DNA of 64,000 nt from Candidatus Heimdallarchaeum aukensis (GTDB lineage: Archaea > Asgardarchaeota > Heimdallarchaeia > Heimdallarchaeales > Heimdallarchaeaceae), in assembly GCA_021513695.1 (NCBI GenBank), contig CP084166.1, forward strand, positions 224,001 to 288,000, read 5' to 3'. Positions 46,426 to 56,113 of this stretch are shown here, one piece after another (position 1 is the first letter of the stretch; each line of letters begins with the position of its first letter). The position numbers and the translations under genes are program-made. The notes beneath the pieces were generated by a model. It ran no database searches and was not told where the DNA came from. It saw only the letters and a list, made by a program, of their open reading frames with translations.

Positions 46426-49400
46426 ATGAAAAAGAAGTTGAAATTCATGTTAATTATGTTTTTAGTTTTGCCATTATCATTAAATCATGTCTTAGCAGAA
46501 AATGTTATTGAACTATTAAATCTTCAATCAAGATATCCTATTAATTATAAAAGTAAAGATTCAGATGTTATTTCTATAAAATCAACAATTGGAAAAGACA
46601 ATGAATTATCTATCAGAAAAAAAGAGAATAGTGTAATAAGTTCGTTAAATAATGAGTTTGTTAGTCCTTATTCTCCTAAATTGAGTTATGGATTGTACAA
46701 AACTTTTACACAGATTTCATCTGTTCCTGAATCAATAAATAAAGGAGAAAATATTAGTGTAACTTCTTCAACAAAATTTGATTTAGGAACTTTATATCCT
46801 GTAGATCAAGGAACAATTTATTGGTATGATTTGAATTGTCTAGAAGAAGATCTGGGAGTAAGTACGAGTTTTGTAGAATCAAGTAAAATAGCTATCAGTT
46901 TTAATTTAACTTCTCCCTCTAACTATATGGGTGTTTATTTTGACATCTCAAATTTAGCAGATTTAACAGGAGATGTGTTAAACGTTTATCTTACTTCAGA
47001 TCTAGAAAACTATTCTACTGATTACCTGGCGAAAAGTGAACTGTCTTTTAAGTATTACAATTCTCAAGCTGGTGTATCTGGATTTTATGCTATTTATGAT
47101 AGTCCAACAACAACTCAAGTTGATAATTCCTTATTAGCAGGTGAAACATATTTTGTGGTTTTGGAAGGAGACAGTTCTTTGAGAATCGAAACATCACTTG
47201 ATTCAGAAGAATATGATGACAATAAAGTATATGTTTTTTCAGGGGGTTCTTGGGGTTTAGAACAAGGAATAGATGCAAAAATAAGAATATTCTCTGGTCA
47301 AAAAATTACTGAAAAAACTATTTCTTCTTCTAGCAATGGAGAAACTACAATAACTTATCAGTCATCTCAATCCTCTTTTAAATATCATACTTTAGTCGCT
47401 TTCTACTATGATACTTCTGGAATGTATGATCTTTCAAGTGATTCTTCAGATTTCAAAGTAATTGACAGCACAATTCCAGAGTATATTTCATTAAATAGTC
47501 CTTCTATAGCTGAATATACAGATTACATTGAGTTGAAAGCTTATGTTGAAAACTACTATCACCAAGAACTAGAAAATCAAACTGTATATTTCTATTACTC
47601 TGAAGATAACTCTTCATGGATAGAAATTGGTTCTTCCATTTCAGATAGTACAGGAGTGGCAAAGATAAATTTCTTAATCTCAAAAGCTTCTGGATACTAC
47701 TACTTTAAAGCAGTAACACAAAATTTAGAAACTTTTAACTATACTGAAACTACCAAAGAACAAGTAATTATTGAAACTCCTCTAGTTCAAACAATTTATG
47801 GAAATCTGAGTGGATCTGATACTTTAGAGACTTTTAGTTTGAAAGTACAAGTACATGATAATGATAATACTCCAATCTCTGGAGTAATGGTTTTCTTTTA
47901 TGTAGAAGGAAAAACTTTTGTTTACGACATTACTGATGAAAACGGTTACGCAAAAACGCATAGCTATTCAGTTAATTGGGCTGTTGGATACTATAACAAC
48001 AAATATTGGGTAAATATCGACTTAGATACTAATTTGTATTCATTTCCTGATACTCAATATGGTGACATTGAAGTACAAAAATCAAATTTACAAATATACA
48101 GTTTAGATAATAATACAATCAATGTCTGGATAAACGACTCCTATTTCTCTTTTGAAGTTAAAGACCCAGAAAATGATTCTGTAGCAAATATAGAATTTGA
48201 ATCAATTTTATATGATCCTTATTTTGATGAATATGTATCTTTAGGTTACGCATTTACAAATGATACAGGATATGGTAAAATTACCCTCCCAGCTTACTTT
48301 AAAGAACCAGGAAAGTATACTTTAATAATTCGCATTTCTGACCCTAACTACAATGTTATTGAAGAAAATCTGCAACTAGAATTATATGCTTCATCAAGTA
48401 TAATAGAGTGTAATTTACCTTCTTCAATCGAATATACATACAATTCTTCTTTACTAATTGAAGGGAATGTGACTGATATAAATGGTAAACCTCTAGCTAA
48501 CGCAAACATAACTGTAAAAATTACTGACCCAAGTATATCTAGTAATTGGGTATTATACATTTATACTACAGAGACAAATTCGCAAGGATACTTTTCTATG
48601 AATTTAACTCTAGATGTTGAAGTTGATCAGGAACTGGTTATAACTATTCATGTAGAAAATTATTATGGCTCTAATGGTGAGATTTCTTATTATGCTACAT
48701 CTTCACAAGAATACAATCTTCTATGTGTTAGGCGAGATGCTGAAATTTTAAATGTTCAAGACTTTATAACCCAGAATCAAGAAACAATAATAATATCTGG
48801 TTTGCTAATTGATTCTGGAGAACCTTTAAGTGGAAAAGAGATAAGAATAATTATTCAAGAAGAGAACTACTATATTATTACAGATACAGAAGGATGTTTT
48901 TACCTTAGTTACCAAGTAAATTTTGGTACAAATGTTAACTTTACAGTTGTTTTTGGGAGTGATAATCATTATAATGTTGTCAATTTAACAAGAACAATAT
49001 TTTCTTCTCCAATAAGTTTAAACATCGAAATTGAAGATGTTATTTGCAATCCAAACACTTTAATCTATTTATCAAGCTATGTCTATTCTGATTTAGGAAC
49101 AACACCTGAAAATGTGCAAGTAGAATTTTATTGGTATGATGAACAATGGATACTTTTAGGAATAGTTTTTACAAATGAATCAGGTATAGCTCAACTGAAT
49201 ATTACAAGTCCTGATAAGGTCGGAGAATTTAGCTGGAAAGCAATAGTTGTTCAAACTGAAGATTGGTTAGAATCATCTTCTAATTTGAAATTATTCCAAA
49301 TAGGTTATCACACCTCAATAAGTATGGAAGCACCAATACAAGGACAATATGGAAATGAAATTAGAATTAATTTCACAGTTACAGATCAATTTGGACAACC

Positions 49401-52400
49401 AATAGGTGTTAACATAAACTTCTATATTGATGGACTGTTGTTAAGTGAAATATCTACAGATTCAAATGGTTTTGGAAGCTATTATTGGACAATTGATTTA
49501 AGTTCTGGTAATTATTCCTTTAAAGCTGTGGTTTTAAATCAATCTATCTATATTTCTTCTTCTTGTATCCAGGAATTTGAAATAATAAAGGCTGACGTAT
49601 ATATTCAAAGTTCAGATTTGATTATGACCTGCAATGAAACAAAAACAATGGAATTTTATGTTTATTCTATTAATGGAGAGATAACAAATCTATCGTTAAA
49701 CATATCATTGTCTAACGGTTATTCAACAGTTTTAACCAGCAATAGCTCAGGTTATGCTGTTTGGAGTATTCCTATTCTCCCATCTGGTGTATACACAGTA
49801 AACGTTACCTTTAATGGAGATGATAAATATAATACGATATCTGTTAGCTATTCACTTGTTGTTAATAAGATTGAGACAAATGTTATTCTTTTTGCAGAAG
49901 ATAGTTTTTATTCTGAAAACTATAAGATCTGTGGATATGTTGAAAATTCAGAAGGACAAGGAATTGAGGGTATTGCTGTAAATCTATTAATTAATGAAAC
50001 ATTTACTCTTTCAACAACTACATTATCTGATGGAAGTTATTTATTCCTCGTTCTTCTACTTCCTGATTATTATAATATCGAGGTACAAATAGAAGGGAAT
50101 GATTATATTAATCCAAGTTCAAGAAGCACAAGTGTTTATATCTATAAACTTTCGTCTTCTTTGAACGGAAAAATTGAGTTTATAAATGACACAATGATAA
50201 TAACGGCTAATCTAACTAGTTCATCAGAACCTGTAGAAGGACAAATAATCTATTTCTATGTGAATAATTCACTAGTAGGGACTAATCTTACTGATGTATA
50301 TGGTCAAGCAAGAGTTGAATTGTTAAATATTACTCCTAGCTTATATTCTGTAAACATTGAGTATAAAGGTAATGAAATATATCAAGAATCTTCAACAAAT
50401 ATTCAAGCAGAGAAAGATAAAGAACAGACAGAAATCAAAGTTAGTGTTGAAGAAGGTGTTTATTCTCAATCTCCAACCAATATTTTTATTTCATTAAGTT
50501 CTAATGGAGAAGCTTTATCTAACCAATATATTAAGCTGAATTTTGATAACGATAGTTATTTAGCTTTAACCAATTCTTCAGGTGTAGCAGTTATTGCTTT
50601 AGATATAAACTACCTGCCTGGAAATTATAACGGAGAGATAGTCTATGAAGGAAGTGAAATATACTCATCAAATGCTGTTTCAGTGAATATAACTATTTAC
50701 AAGTCAAACTGTGTTTTCAGTTCTCTTGAAATTCAATACTTAGAAACTCTGACAATCCTAAATGGAAAAATAGAAGGTAAATATCCATTAGAAAATGAAA
50801 GCATATTCATTGAAATAAATGGGAGTAGTTACAATGTTCTTCAAACTGATGAAAATGGAGTTTTTTCTTCAGTTTTAATTTTAAATCCTGGTGAATATAC
50901 ATTAACTGCTATATTCTTAGGAAATGATTGCTATTTACCTGTAAATCAGTCAATTTACTTTTCTATCTCTAAAATAGCTTCAGGGTTGGAAATATATGAC
51001 TTTTCTAAAACTCTGGAATATGGAAAAGAAGAACTTGTAGAGTTCAAACTTTATTCATACAACAATGAATCAGGAATTGAAGGACAAATCTCTGTTATGA
51101 TTAATGGTTCATTAATAACTATTGTAGAAACAAGTAGCGATGGATTAGGTTCATTTCTACTTCCTAATGATTTATCAGTAGGGACTTATATTCTCCAGAT
51201 TTCTTTTGCTGGAGATGATCTATATTACTCTACTTCAGAATCAATAACAATCAAAGTGAAATATAAACTTGAAATTTCAATTACTGAATCAGACTTGAAG
51301 AACTATGGAATAGAAGCTTCTATCAGCGGTATTCTAAATATTCCTCTAGAAGGAATAAGTCTAACGCTAAATATTACTAACCTAAATTATTCAAATGTCG
51401 TAAAAACCAACAGCGATGGAGAATTCATTTTTGTTATTCCAAGCAATATTCCATCAGGAAATATGACAATTGTATTGTTTATTGAAAAAACTGAAACTAT
51501 TTTAGATACAAACTATTCGTTTGAGACAACAAGGGGTTATGGAGAATATTCTGTTTTATTTACTAACCTTGAATTTGATATAAATAGCACAGAGAGTATC
51601 ACTGGTAAAATATCTTATAATGGTGATTACAGTTCTTCAGGAAAGATATATATCAAAATAAACGATACTATTGTTCTTACACAGGAATTCAACGAACTAG
51701 GTGAATTTAACATAGCTCATTCAATATTTGATCTACTTCCTGGAGATTACAACATTAAATTCTATTTTGAGTTTGATAACGAGAATTTTAGAAGCCAAGA
51801 ATTGACAATTAAAATAGAAATATTAAAACTTGAATTAAATCTGGAAGTCACTACTAGCAGTTCTGAAATTCAAGTCTATGATGTTTTATCATTAAATATA
51901 AGCGCAAATTATCCATTAGATAAGGATAGAATAAAACTATTAGTTAACAATACTGAATATTCGAATAATGAGTTTGAAATTATAGAATATGAGAATTATC
52001 TTACCGCAAACATAGTAATTGAATTAGCAGGTAATATAAACATAACTGTGATATTTGAAGAAAATGACTTCTTTTATAGAAGCGAAAAAAGTTTAATTAT
52101 TCAAGTTCTTAAAAGAGATGTTGGCTTTGAATATAATCGAGATACATTTTATTACAATTCCAGCATTCCATTGATAATAGAACTTATTTCATTTAAGAAT
52201 GAGACAGATATTGAATTTACAGTTCTTCTGGGAGAAAGAGCCGAAACAGGAGTAAAGACAATAAGTTTCATACTCACTAATATTTTCATTGGAGACTATC
52301 AAGTGTATATGTTGTTTGAAGGAAATTCTTATTACAACTCTTTTAACTCTTCATTTGTTATCCATATTATTCCTCAACCAACAAAGATAGTTTTCAAAGA

Positions 52401-52791
52401 AAATAAATCAGATTATCTTCTAACATTACTTTTACTAGATTCAGAGAATAGAAGTATTTCTAATGCAGAAACAACGATATTCTTCTTAGATACTACTCAT
52501 CTGGTTTTAGAAAATCGTACTCTCTTCACTGATGCAAATGGTTATTTGTATTTAGATGTCAGTACATTTCCTGAAAAAACAACAATGATAAGGATTGTTT
52601 TTGATGGAGATGTGGTATATGAGGATACGATGATCGATATAGAAGTTGAAGATATTGTCAAAACTTATACCCAGAATGTAAAAATCCCGAAAATGAATAT
52701 GATACATATGCTAATCTCTATTCCTGTAAGCATTATAGGATTAATAGTATATTCAAAAAAAGACATTTTCAAGAATCTTAAAAAACATTAG
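46426..52791 (+). CDS. giant repetitive cell-surface protein (signal peptide, ~20 beta-sandwich modules, C-terminal TM anchor)
   Basis: N-terminal signal MKKKLKFMLIMFLVLPLSLNHVLA. At least 15 recurrences of the T[DN]xxG[YFVI] module motif (TDENGYAKT, TNDTGYGKI, TNSQGYFSM, TDSNGFGSY, TDANGYLYL and others). Dozens of NxS/T sequons. C-terminal anchor MIHMLISIPVSIIGLIVYSKK. Confidence 0.8.
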   Translation: MKKKLKFMLIMFLVLPLSLNHVLAENVIELLNLQSRYPINYKSKDSDVISIKSTIGKDNELSIRKKENSVISSLNNEFVSPYSPKLSYGLYKTFTQISSVPESINKGENISVTSSTKFDLGTLYPVDQGTIYWYDLNCLEEDLGVSTSFVESSKIAISFNLTSPSNYMGVYFDISNLADLTGDVLNVYLTSDLENYSTDYLAKSELSFKYYNSQAGVSGFYAIYDSPTTTQVDNSLLAGETYFVVLEGDSSLRIETSLDSEEYDDNKVYVFSGGSWGLEQGIDAKIRIFSGQKITEKTISSSSNGETTITYQSSQSSFKYHTLVAFYYDTSGMYDLSSDSSDFKVIDSTIPEYISLNSPSIAEYTDYIELKAYVENYYHQELENQTVYFYYSEDNSSWIEIGSSISDSTGVAKINFLISKASGYYYFKAVTQNLETFNYTETTKEQVIIETPLVQTIYGNLSGSDTLETFSLKVQVHDNDNTPISGVMVFFYVEGKTFVYDITDENGYAKTHSYSVNWAVGYYNNKYWVNIDLDTNLYSFPDTQYGDIEVQKSNLQIYSLDNNTINVWINDSYFSFEVKDPENDSVANIEFESILYDPYFDEYVSLGYAFTNDTGYGKITLPAYFKEPGKYTLIIRISDPNYNVIEENLQLELYASSSIIECNLPSSIEYTYNSSLLIEGNVTDINGKPLANANITVKITDPSISSNWVLYIYTTETNSQGYFSMNLTLDVEVDQELVITIHVENYYGSNGEISYYATSSQEYNLLCVRRDAEILNVQDFITQNQETIIISGLLIDSGEPLSGKEIRIIIQEENYYIITDTEGCFYLSYQVNFGTNVNFTVVFGSDNHYNVVNLTRTIFSSPISLNIEIEDVICNPNTLIYLSSYVYSDLGTTPENVQVEFYWYDEQWILLGIVFTNESGIAQLNITSPDKVGEFSWKAIVVQTEDWLESSSNLKLFQIGYHTSISMEAPIQGQYGNEIRINFTVTDQFGQPIGVNINFYIDGLLLSEISTDSNGFGSYYWTIDLSSGNYSFKAVVLNQSIYISSSCIQEFEIIKADVYIQSSDLIMTCNETKTMEFYVYSINGEITNLSLNISLSNGYSTVLTSNSSGYAVWSIPILPSGVYTVNVTFNGDDKYNTISVSYSLVVNKIETNVILFAEDSFYSENYKICGYVENSEGQGIEGIAVNLLINETFTLSTTTLSDGSYLFLVLLLPDYYNIEVQIEGNDYINPSSRSTSVYIYKLSSSLNGKIEFINDTMIITANLTSSSEPVEGQIIYFYVNNSLVGTNLTDVYGQARVELLNITPSLYSVNIEYKGNEIYQESSTNIQAEKDKEQTEIKVSVEEGVYSQSPTNIFISLSSNGEALSNQYIKLNFDNDSYLALTNSSGVAVIALDINYLPGNYNGEIVYEGSEIYSSNAVSVNITIYKSNCVFSSLEIQYLETLTILNGKIEGKYPLENESIFIEINGSSYNVLQTDENGVFSSVLILNPGEYTLTAIFLGNDCYLPVNQSIYFSISKIASGLEIYDFSKTLEYGKEELVEFKLYSYNNESGIEGQISVMINGSLITIVETSSDGLGSFLLPNDLSVGTYILQISFAGDDLYYSTSESITIKVKYKLEISITESDLKNYGIEASISGILNIPLEGISLTLNITNLNYSNVVKTNSDGEFIFVIPSNIPSGNMTIVLFIEKTETILDTNYSFETTRGYGEYSVLFTNLEFDINSTESITGKISYNGDYSSSGKIYIKINDTIVLTQEFNELGEFNIAHSIFDLLPGDYNIKFYFEFDNENFRSQELTIKIEILKLELNLEVTTSSSEIQVYDVLSLNISANYPLDKDRIKLLVNNTEYSNNEFEIIEYENYLTANIVIELAGNINITVIFEENDFFYRSEKSLIIQVLKRDVGFEYNRDTFYYNSSIPLIIELISFKNETDIEFTVLLGERAETGVKTISFILTNIFIGDYQVYMLFEGNSYYNSFNSSFVIHIIPQPTKIVFKENKSDYLLTLLLLDSENRSISNAETTIFFLDTTHLVLENRTLFTDANGYLYLDVSTFPEKTTMIRIVFDGDVVYEDTMIDIEVEDIVKTYTQNVKIPKMNMIHMLISIPVSIIGLIVYSKKDIFKNLKKH

Positions 52792-52806
52792 ACCATTTTT
52801 TCTTTC

Positions 52807-52814
52807 TTTATAAA
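52807..52814 (+). promoter_or_regulatory. archaeal TATA box TTTATAAA
   Basis: It ends 35 nt upstream of the ATG at 52849, suggesting an internal promoter within the cluster. Confidence 0.35.
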
Positions 52815-52848
52815 TAAATTACAAAATAATCCTAGTAAGGTTGAATCT

Positions 52849-54264
52849 ATGAACAACAAAGAGAAAAATCAAAAACTATCCTTTTTAAAAAATCAATATA
52901 GTAGACTACTCGATAAATTATCAAAGTCAATTGTAGTAAAAATCAGAGAACAAGGAAAACTCCCTTTCTTTTTAGTAGTTTTAATTTGGATAGTTTTCTG
53001 GGGAAGCTCCTTTTACTTTATTACAGTCTTTATGCCTGTTAATTTGTTGTGGTTAAGAGTATTCTTACCTGTATTTATTTCTCTTATTGTTGTTAATGCT
53101 TCAACAGAATTAGGAAAAAAGGTAGTGGGTTATCATAATGAAAAAGAAGAGAAAGTTGAGAAAGAAAGTTCTTCTTCTCTCTTAAGTGAAGAAAAGGACA
53201 TTTCTACAAAAGAAGGTTATTCTTTGAAATCAACTTTCATTCTTCGTGATAAGAAAGGGAAAAAAATTTTTCTTATTAATAAAGGCAAAATTATTCCTGT
53301 TTTTTTGGTTAGCATATTGAGTACAGGAAACAAAGAAAAAGGATACACATTTTCTTCTTTGTTGAATTATCCTTTAAGAAATGAAATGAAAGAAATAGAA
53401 TTTTCAGTTTTAGACACAGATAAAGGAGAATATTTGCTTTTTCTAGGAAAAGAATACAAAACTAAAAACAAAAATTATACAGAATTATTAAAGGAAAATG
53501 AACAGTTTTTCTCAAAAATAGAGATTATAGTTGCTGAATTAAAGAGAGACAATAATTTAGAATTAGAAGCTGTTGAAGATTCAATACTTAATGAGCTTTT
53601 TCCTCTTTATTCTGAAGTATTATGTTGTAAAAATGAAGACACTAACAAAAAGGAACAAAAAATAGAAGAAAAAAATCATCTACAGTTAAAGAGTGAAAAT
53701 AATAATCTAAATAATGCAAATAATGGAAAAGAATATAATCAAAATGGTGAGAGCAGTAATAGATTCAGACCTTTTTCAGTTAAAACTGAACTTACACCAT
53801 ACCAATTAACGAAGGTTGCAGAAAAAAAAGAACTACTATTATCTGAACTCACTTATTCTTTTGATAATTTCATTGATATGTCTAAAGTATTTTATAAAAA
53901 AGCTCTTGAACATCAATTGAACGCAAAGTTTCCTATCTCCGAGGATAATTTTCTTAAACTTATACAACTCTTTGTAGAAAAGAATAAGTATGAATTCTTT
54001 TATCCAAGTTTCTTTAAACTAGAGAAGTATGAATCTTTCAAAGTCTTTGAAACTCCTAGTTCAGAAGAGATAGAAGAGTTTTCTGAAGAACTAGTAAAAG
54101 AATGTATGTTTACTAATTTAGATACTGAAGTAAAGAAAGAGTTGCATTCCTTCCTTACTCAAAAAATCAAAAATAGGAAGCATAGGCAAGAAGTAAAACC
54201 TGTAGGAATTAAAGTATCTTCTACAATTCCTAGGCCATCAGTAAAATCTTTATCAGAATCTTGA
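52849..54264 (+). CDS. membrane-anchored hypothetical protein
   Basis: 471 aa. Two to three N-terminal TM segments, then a soluble region with a low-complexity N/K/E linker. Confidence 0.5.
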   Translation: MNNKEKNQKLSFLKNQYSRLLDKLSKSIVVKIREQGKLPFFLVVLIWIVFWGSSFYFITVFMPVNLLWLRVFLPVFISLIVVNASTELGKKVVGYHNEKEEKVEKESSSSLLSEEKDISTKEGYSLKSTFILRDKKGKKIFLINKGKIIPVFLVSILSTGNKEKGYTFSSLLNYPLRNEMKEIEFSVLDTDKGEYLLFLGKEYKTKNKNYTELLKENEQFFSKIEIIVAELKRDNNLELEAVEDSILNELFPLYSEVLCCKNEDTNKKEQKIEEKNHLQLKSENNNLNNANNGKEYNQNGESSNRFRPFSVKTELTPYQLTKVAEKKELLLSELTYSFDNFIDMSKVFYKKALEHQLNAKFPISEDNFLKLIQLFVEKNKYEFFYPSFFKLEKYESFKVFETPSSEEIEEFSEELVKECMFTNLDTEVKKELHSFLTQKIKNRKHRQEVKPVGIKVSSTIPRPSVKSLSES

Positions 54265-54273
54265 GGAGATTGA

Positions 54274-54909
54274 ATGATTGAAATAGTTTTTTTGAATTTC
54301 TTGAATCTCTTTGTTAAAATATGGCTATCAGCTCTTTTAATTAATATTCTACTTTCCACTCTCTTAAAACCAATTTATAAACATCTGTTGGCAATAGGCT
54401 TGGTTTTCAATTTACCAATTAAGCGACTATTTTATTGGATCTATAGAGTACCCATTGAGAATATAGATTGGGAAAACGGTCTAATTAGAACAAAGAAAGT
54501 GAATAATATGGATTGTCTAGCAACTACAGTTGTGATCATGCCTGTATTTATTTTAAGCTACTTATCTAGTTGGTTATTCTATTTTGCAGGTAAAATCTAT
54601 CCCTATGGTTACAAGTTCTTTGGAATTGTTCTTTATATTGTCGCTTCGTTAAGTCTAGCTTTCAGTATTCCTAACTTTGAGGAATTGAAATTGTTTAATA
54701 ACATTAATCTTCATTCCTCTTTGGTCTATTTACTAAAATGGGTATTTGTAGTTATAGTTGTCTTTTCAATAGTTGAGTTTACTTCTATCTCTCTTGATGT
54801 ATTAACTACAGTGATATTAGTTCTTTTAGCTACTCCATTTTATAGTTATAAAGAAGATGAAGAAAATGTAGAGAATATTAAGAAAATTATTGGTGATCCA
54901 TTTGCATAA
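54274..54909 (+). CDS. polytopic membrane protein (paralog of 45683..46423)
   Basis: 211 aa. LAFSIPNFEELKLF pairs with FAFFSIPDVQDLMLPF in 45683..46423. Confidence 0.5.
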   Translation: MIEIVFLNFLNLFVKIWLSALLINILLSTLLKPIYKHLLAIGLVFNLPIKRLFYWIYRVPIENIDWENGLIRTKKVNNMDCLATTVVIMPVFILSYLSSWLFYFAGKIYPYGYKFFGIVLYIVASLSLAFSIPNFEELKLFNNINLHSSLVYLLKWVFVVIVVFSIVEFTSISLDVLTTVILVLLATPFYSYKEDEENVENIKKIIGDPFA

Positions 54910-55525
54910 ATGGACTCTTTCCAAAAATGAGCGAATGATACATCTTTATGGTCCCCCAGCAAGTGGTAAGACTACTTTAGCAATTCAATTATCTAGAAAA
55001 GTCTTTCCTCGCTCAACAATTTATTTCATTACTTCGCATAGAAACGCAATTACAAAAAGAGCAAAACAGATACTAAACAAGAATTATCTTAAAGAATTTT
55101 ATTTAATTAAAGTTTCTAGTTTAGATGATTTATTTGAAAAAATTCAATCTATTAATAGCTTAGGAAAAACAATAGGATTGATTGTAATAGATTATATCTC
55201 TGATTTTGTTAGAGGGAAGCTATACAAGGAAGAAGTAAAAAACAAGGTAAGGAAGATATTAGAAAAACTTTTTATTTTCTCCTCACAAAAAGATTGTTTA
55301 GTTGTGATAGTCAATAGTTTTTCAATAAAAAATGAAGCTCCTTTGAATTCTTTAGTTGAAAGTTTTTGTGACATGTCAGTTTATTTGTCGATTAAAGATG
55401 ACAAATACAATTTGGAATCAAATGGTAAAAATATAAAAAGAACTTTTGTAGTCGATGAAAAAATTATTTCCAGCTTCGTTATTGATGAAAAAGGAATTAA
55501 AGATTTAATTATTGTGTCTGAATAA
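54890..55525 (+). CDS. RadB/KaiC-like RecA-superfamily P-loop ATPase
   Basis: Walker A HLYGPPASGKTTLAIQLS, Walker B GLIVIDYISDFVRG, then LVVIVNSFS and a C-terminal FVIDEKGIKDL, giving a RadB-like layout. The start is ambiguous (TTG 54890, GTG 54893 or ATG 54935). Confidence 0.65.
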   Translation: MVIHLHKWTLSKNERMIHLYGPPASGKTTLAIQLSRKVFPRSTIYFITSHRNAITKRAKQILNKNYLKEFYLIKVSSLDDLFEKIQSINSLGKTIGLIVIDYISDFVRGKLYKEEVKNKVRKILEKLFIFSSQKDCLVVIVNSFSIKNEAPLNSLVESFCDMSVYLSIKDDKYNLESNGKNIKRTFVVDEKIISSFVIDEKGIKDLIIVSE

Positions 55526-55585
55526 ATTTTTTTCCTTTAAATAGTATTCTTTAGATTAACTAATAAAAAAGGAAGTCAATGGTTA

Positions 55586-56056
55586 ATGTATTCAGAGCAA
55601 GAAGTGATAAGAAAAATAACAGAAACTTGGAAATTTGAAAATAAAGTATGCGTGAAAGAACTACAAATTCCTTTAGTAGGCAAAAATATCAATTATCCTT
55701 TTTTAGAAAATAGAAAAAGCATTCGTATAGATCTTGCTTGCTATGATATTGTATCTGATAAAATTATTTTTGTTGAAGCAGAAAATGGTCTGTGGCTTCC
55801 TCATCCCCAAATTTATAGACCTTTTTGTGATATGTTATATGTTGCTACTCCCTATGATGATAGTTACTATAGAGAAAAGCAACTTGAGTGGGCAAAAAAT
55901 GAAGGAATAGGAGTAATTGAAGTTCTTTATGATGGTTACATTATAGAAACATTAAAACCTGTAGTTTTTCCTGATTCGATGGATATCTCTTTAAGAGAAG
56001 AAGTTCTAGCACATTTTGTTAAGAAACTCAAAAAAAACGAAAAAATAGCTGATTGA
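55586..56056 (+). CDS. MmcB-like / PD-(D/E)xK nuclease-fold protein, tentative
   Basis: IRIDLACYD..KIIFVEAENG is a D..ExK-like core with K replaced by E. It is followed by YRPFCDMLYVATPYD and EGIGVIEV, resembling the MmcB-family Y..CD.fYfa.P..G pattern. Confidence 0.4.
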   Translation: MYSEQEVIRKITETWKFENKVCVKELQIPLVGKNINYPFLENRKSIRIDLACYDIVSDKIIFVEAENGLWLPHPQIYRPFCDMLYVATPYDDSYYREKQLEWAKNEGIGVIEVLYDGYIIETLKPVVFPDSMDISLREEVLAHFVKKLKKNEKIAD

Positions 56057-56113
56057 TTTTTTATTACTAATTTTTTCTCTCTTTTAAAAACAATTTTATT
56101 TATAATTTAGCTG

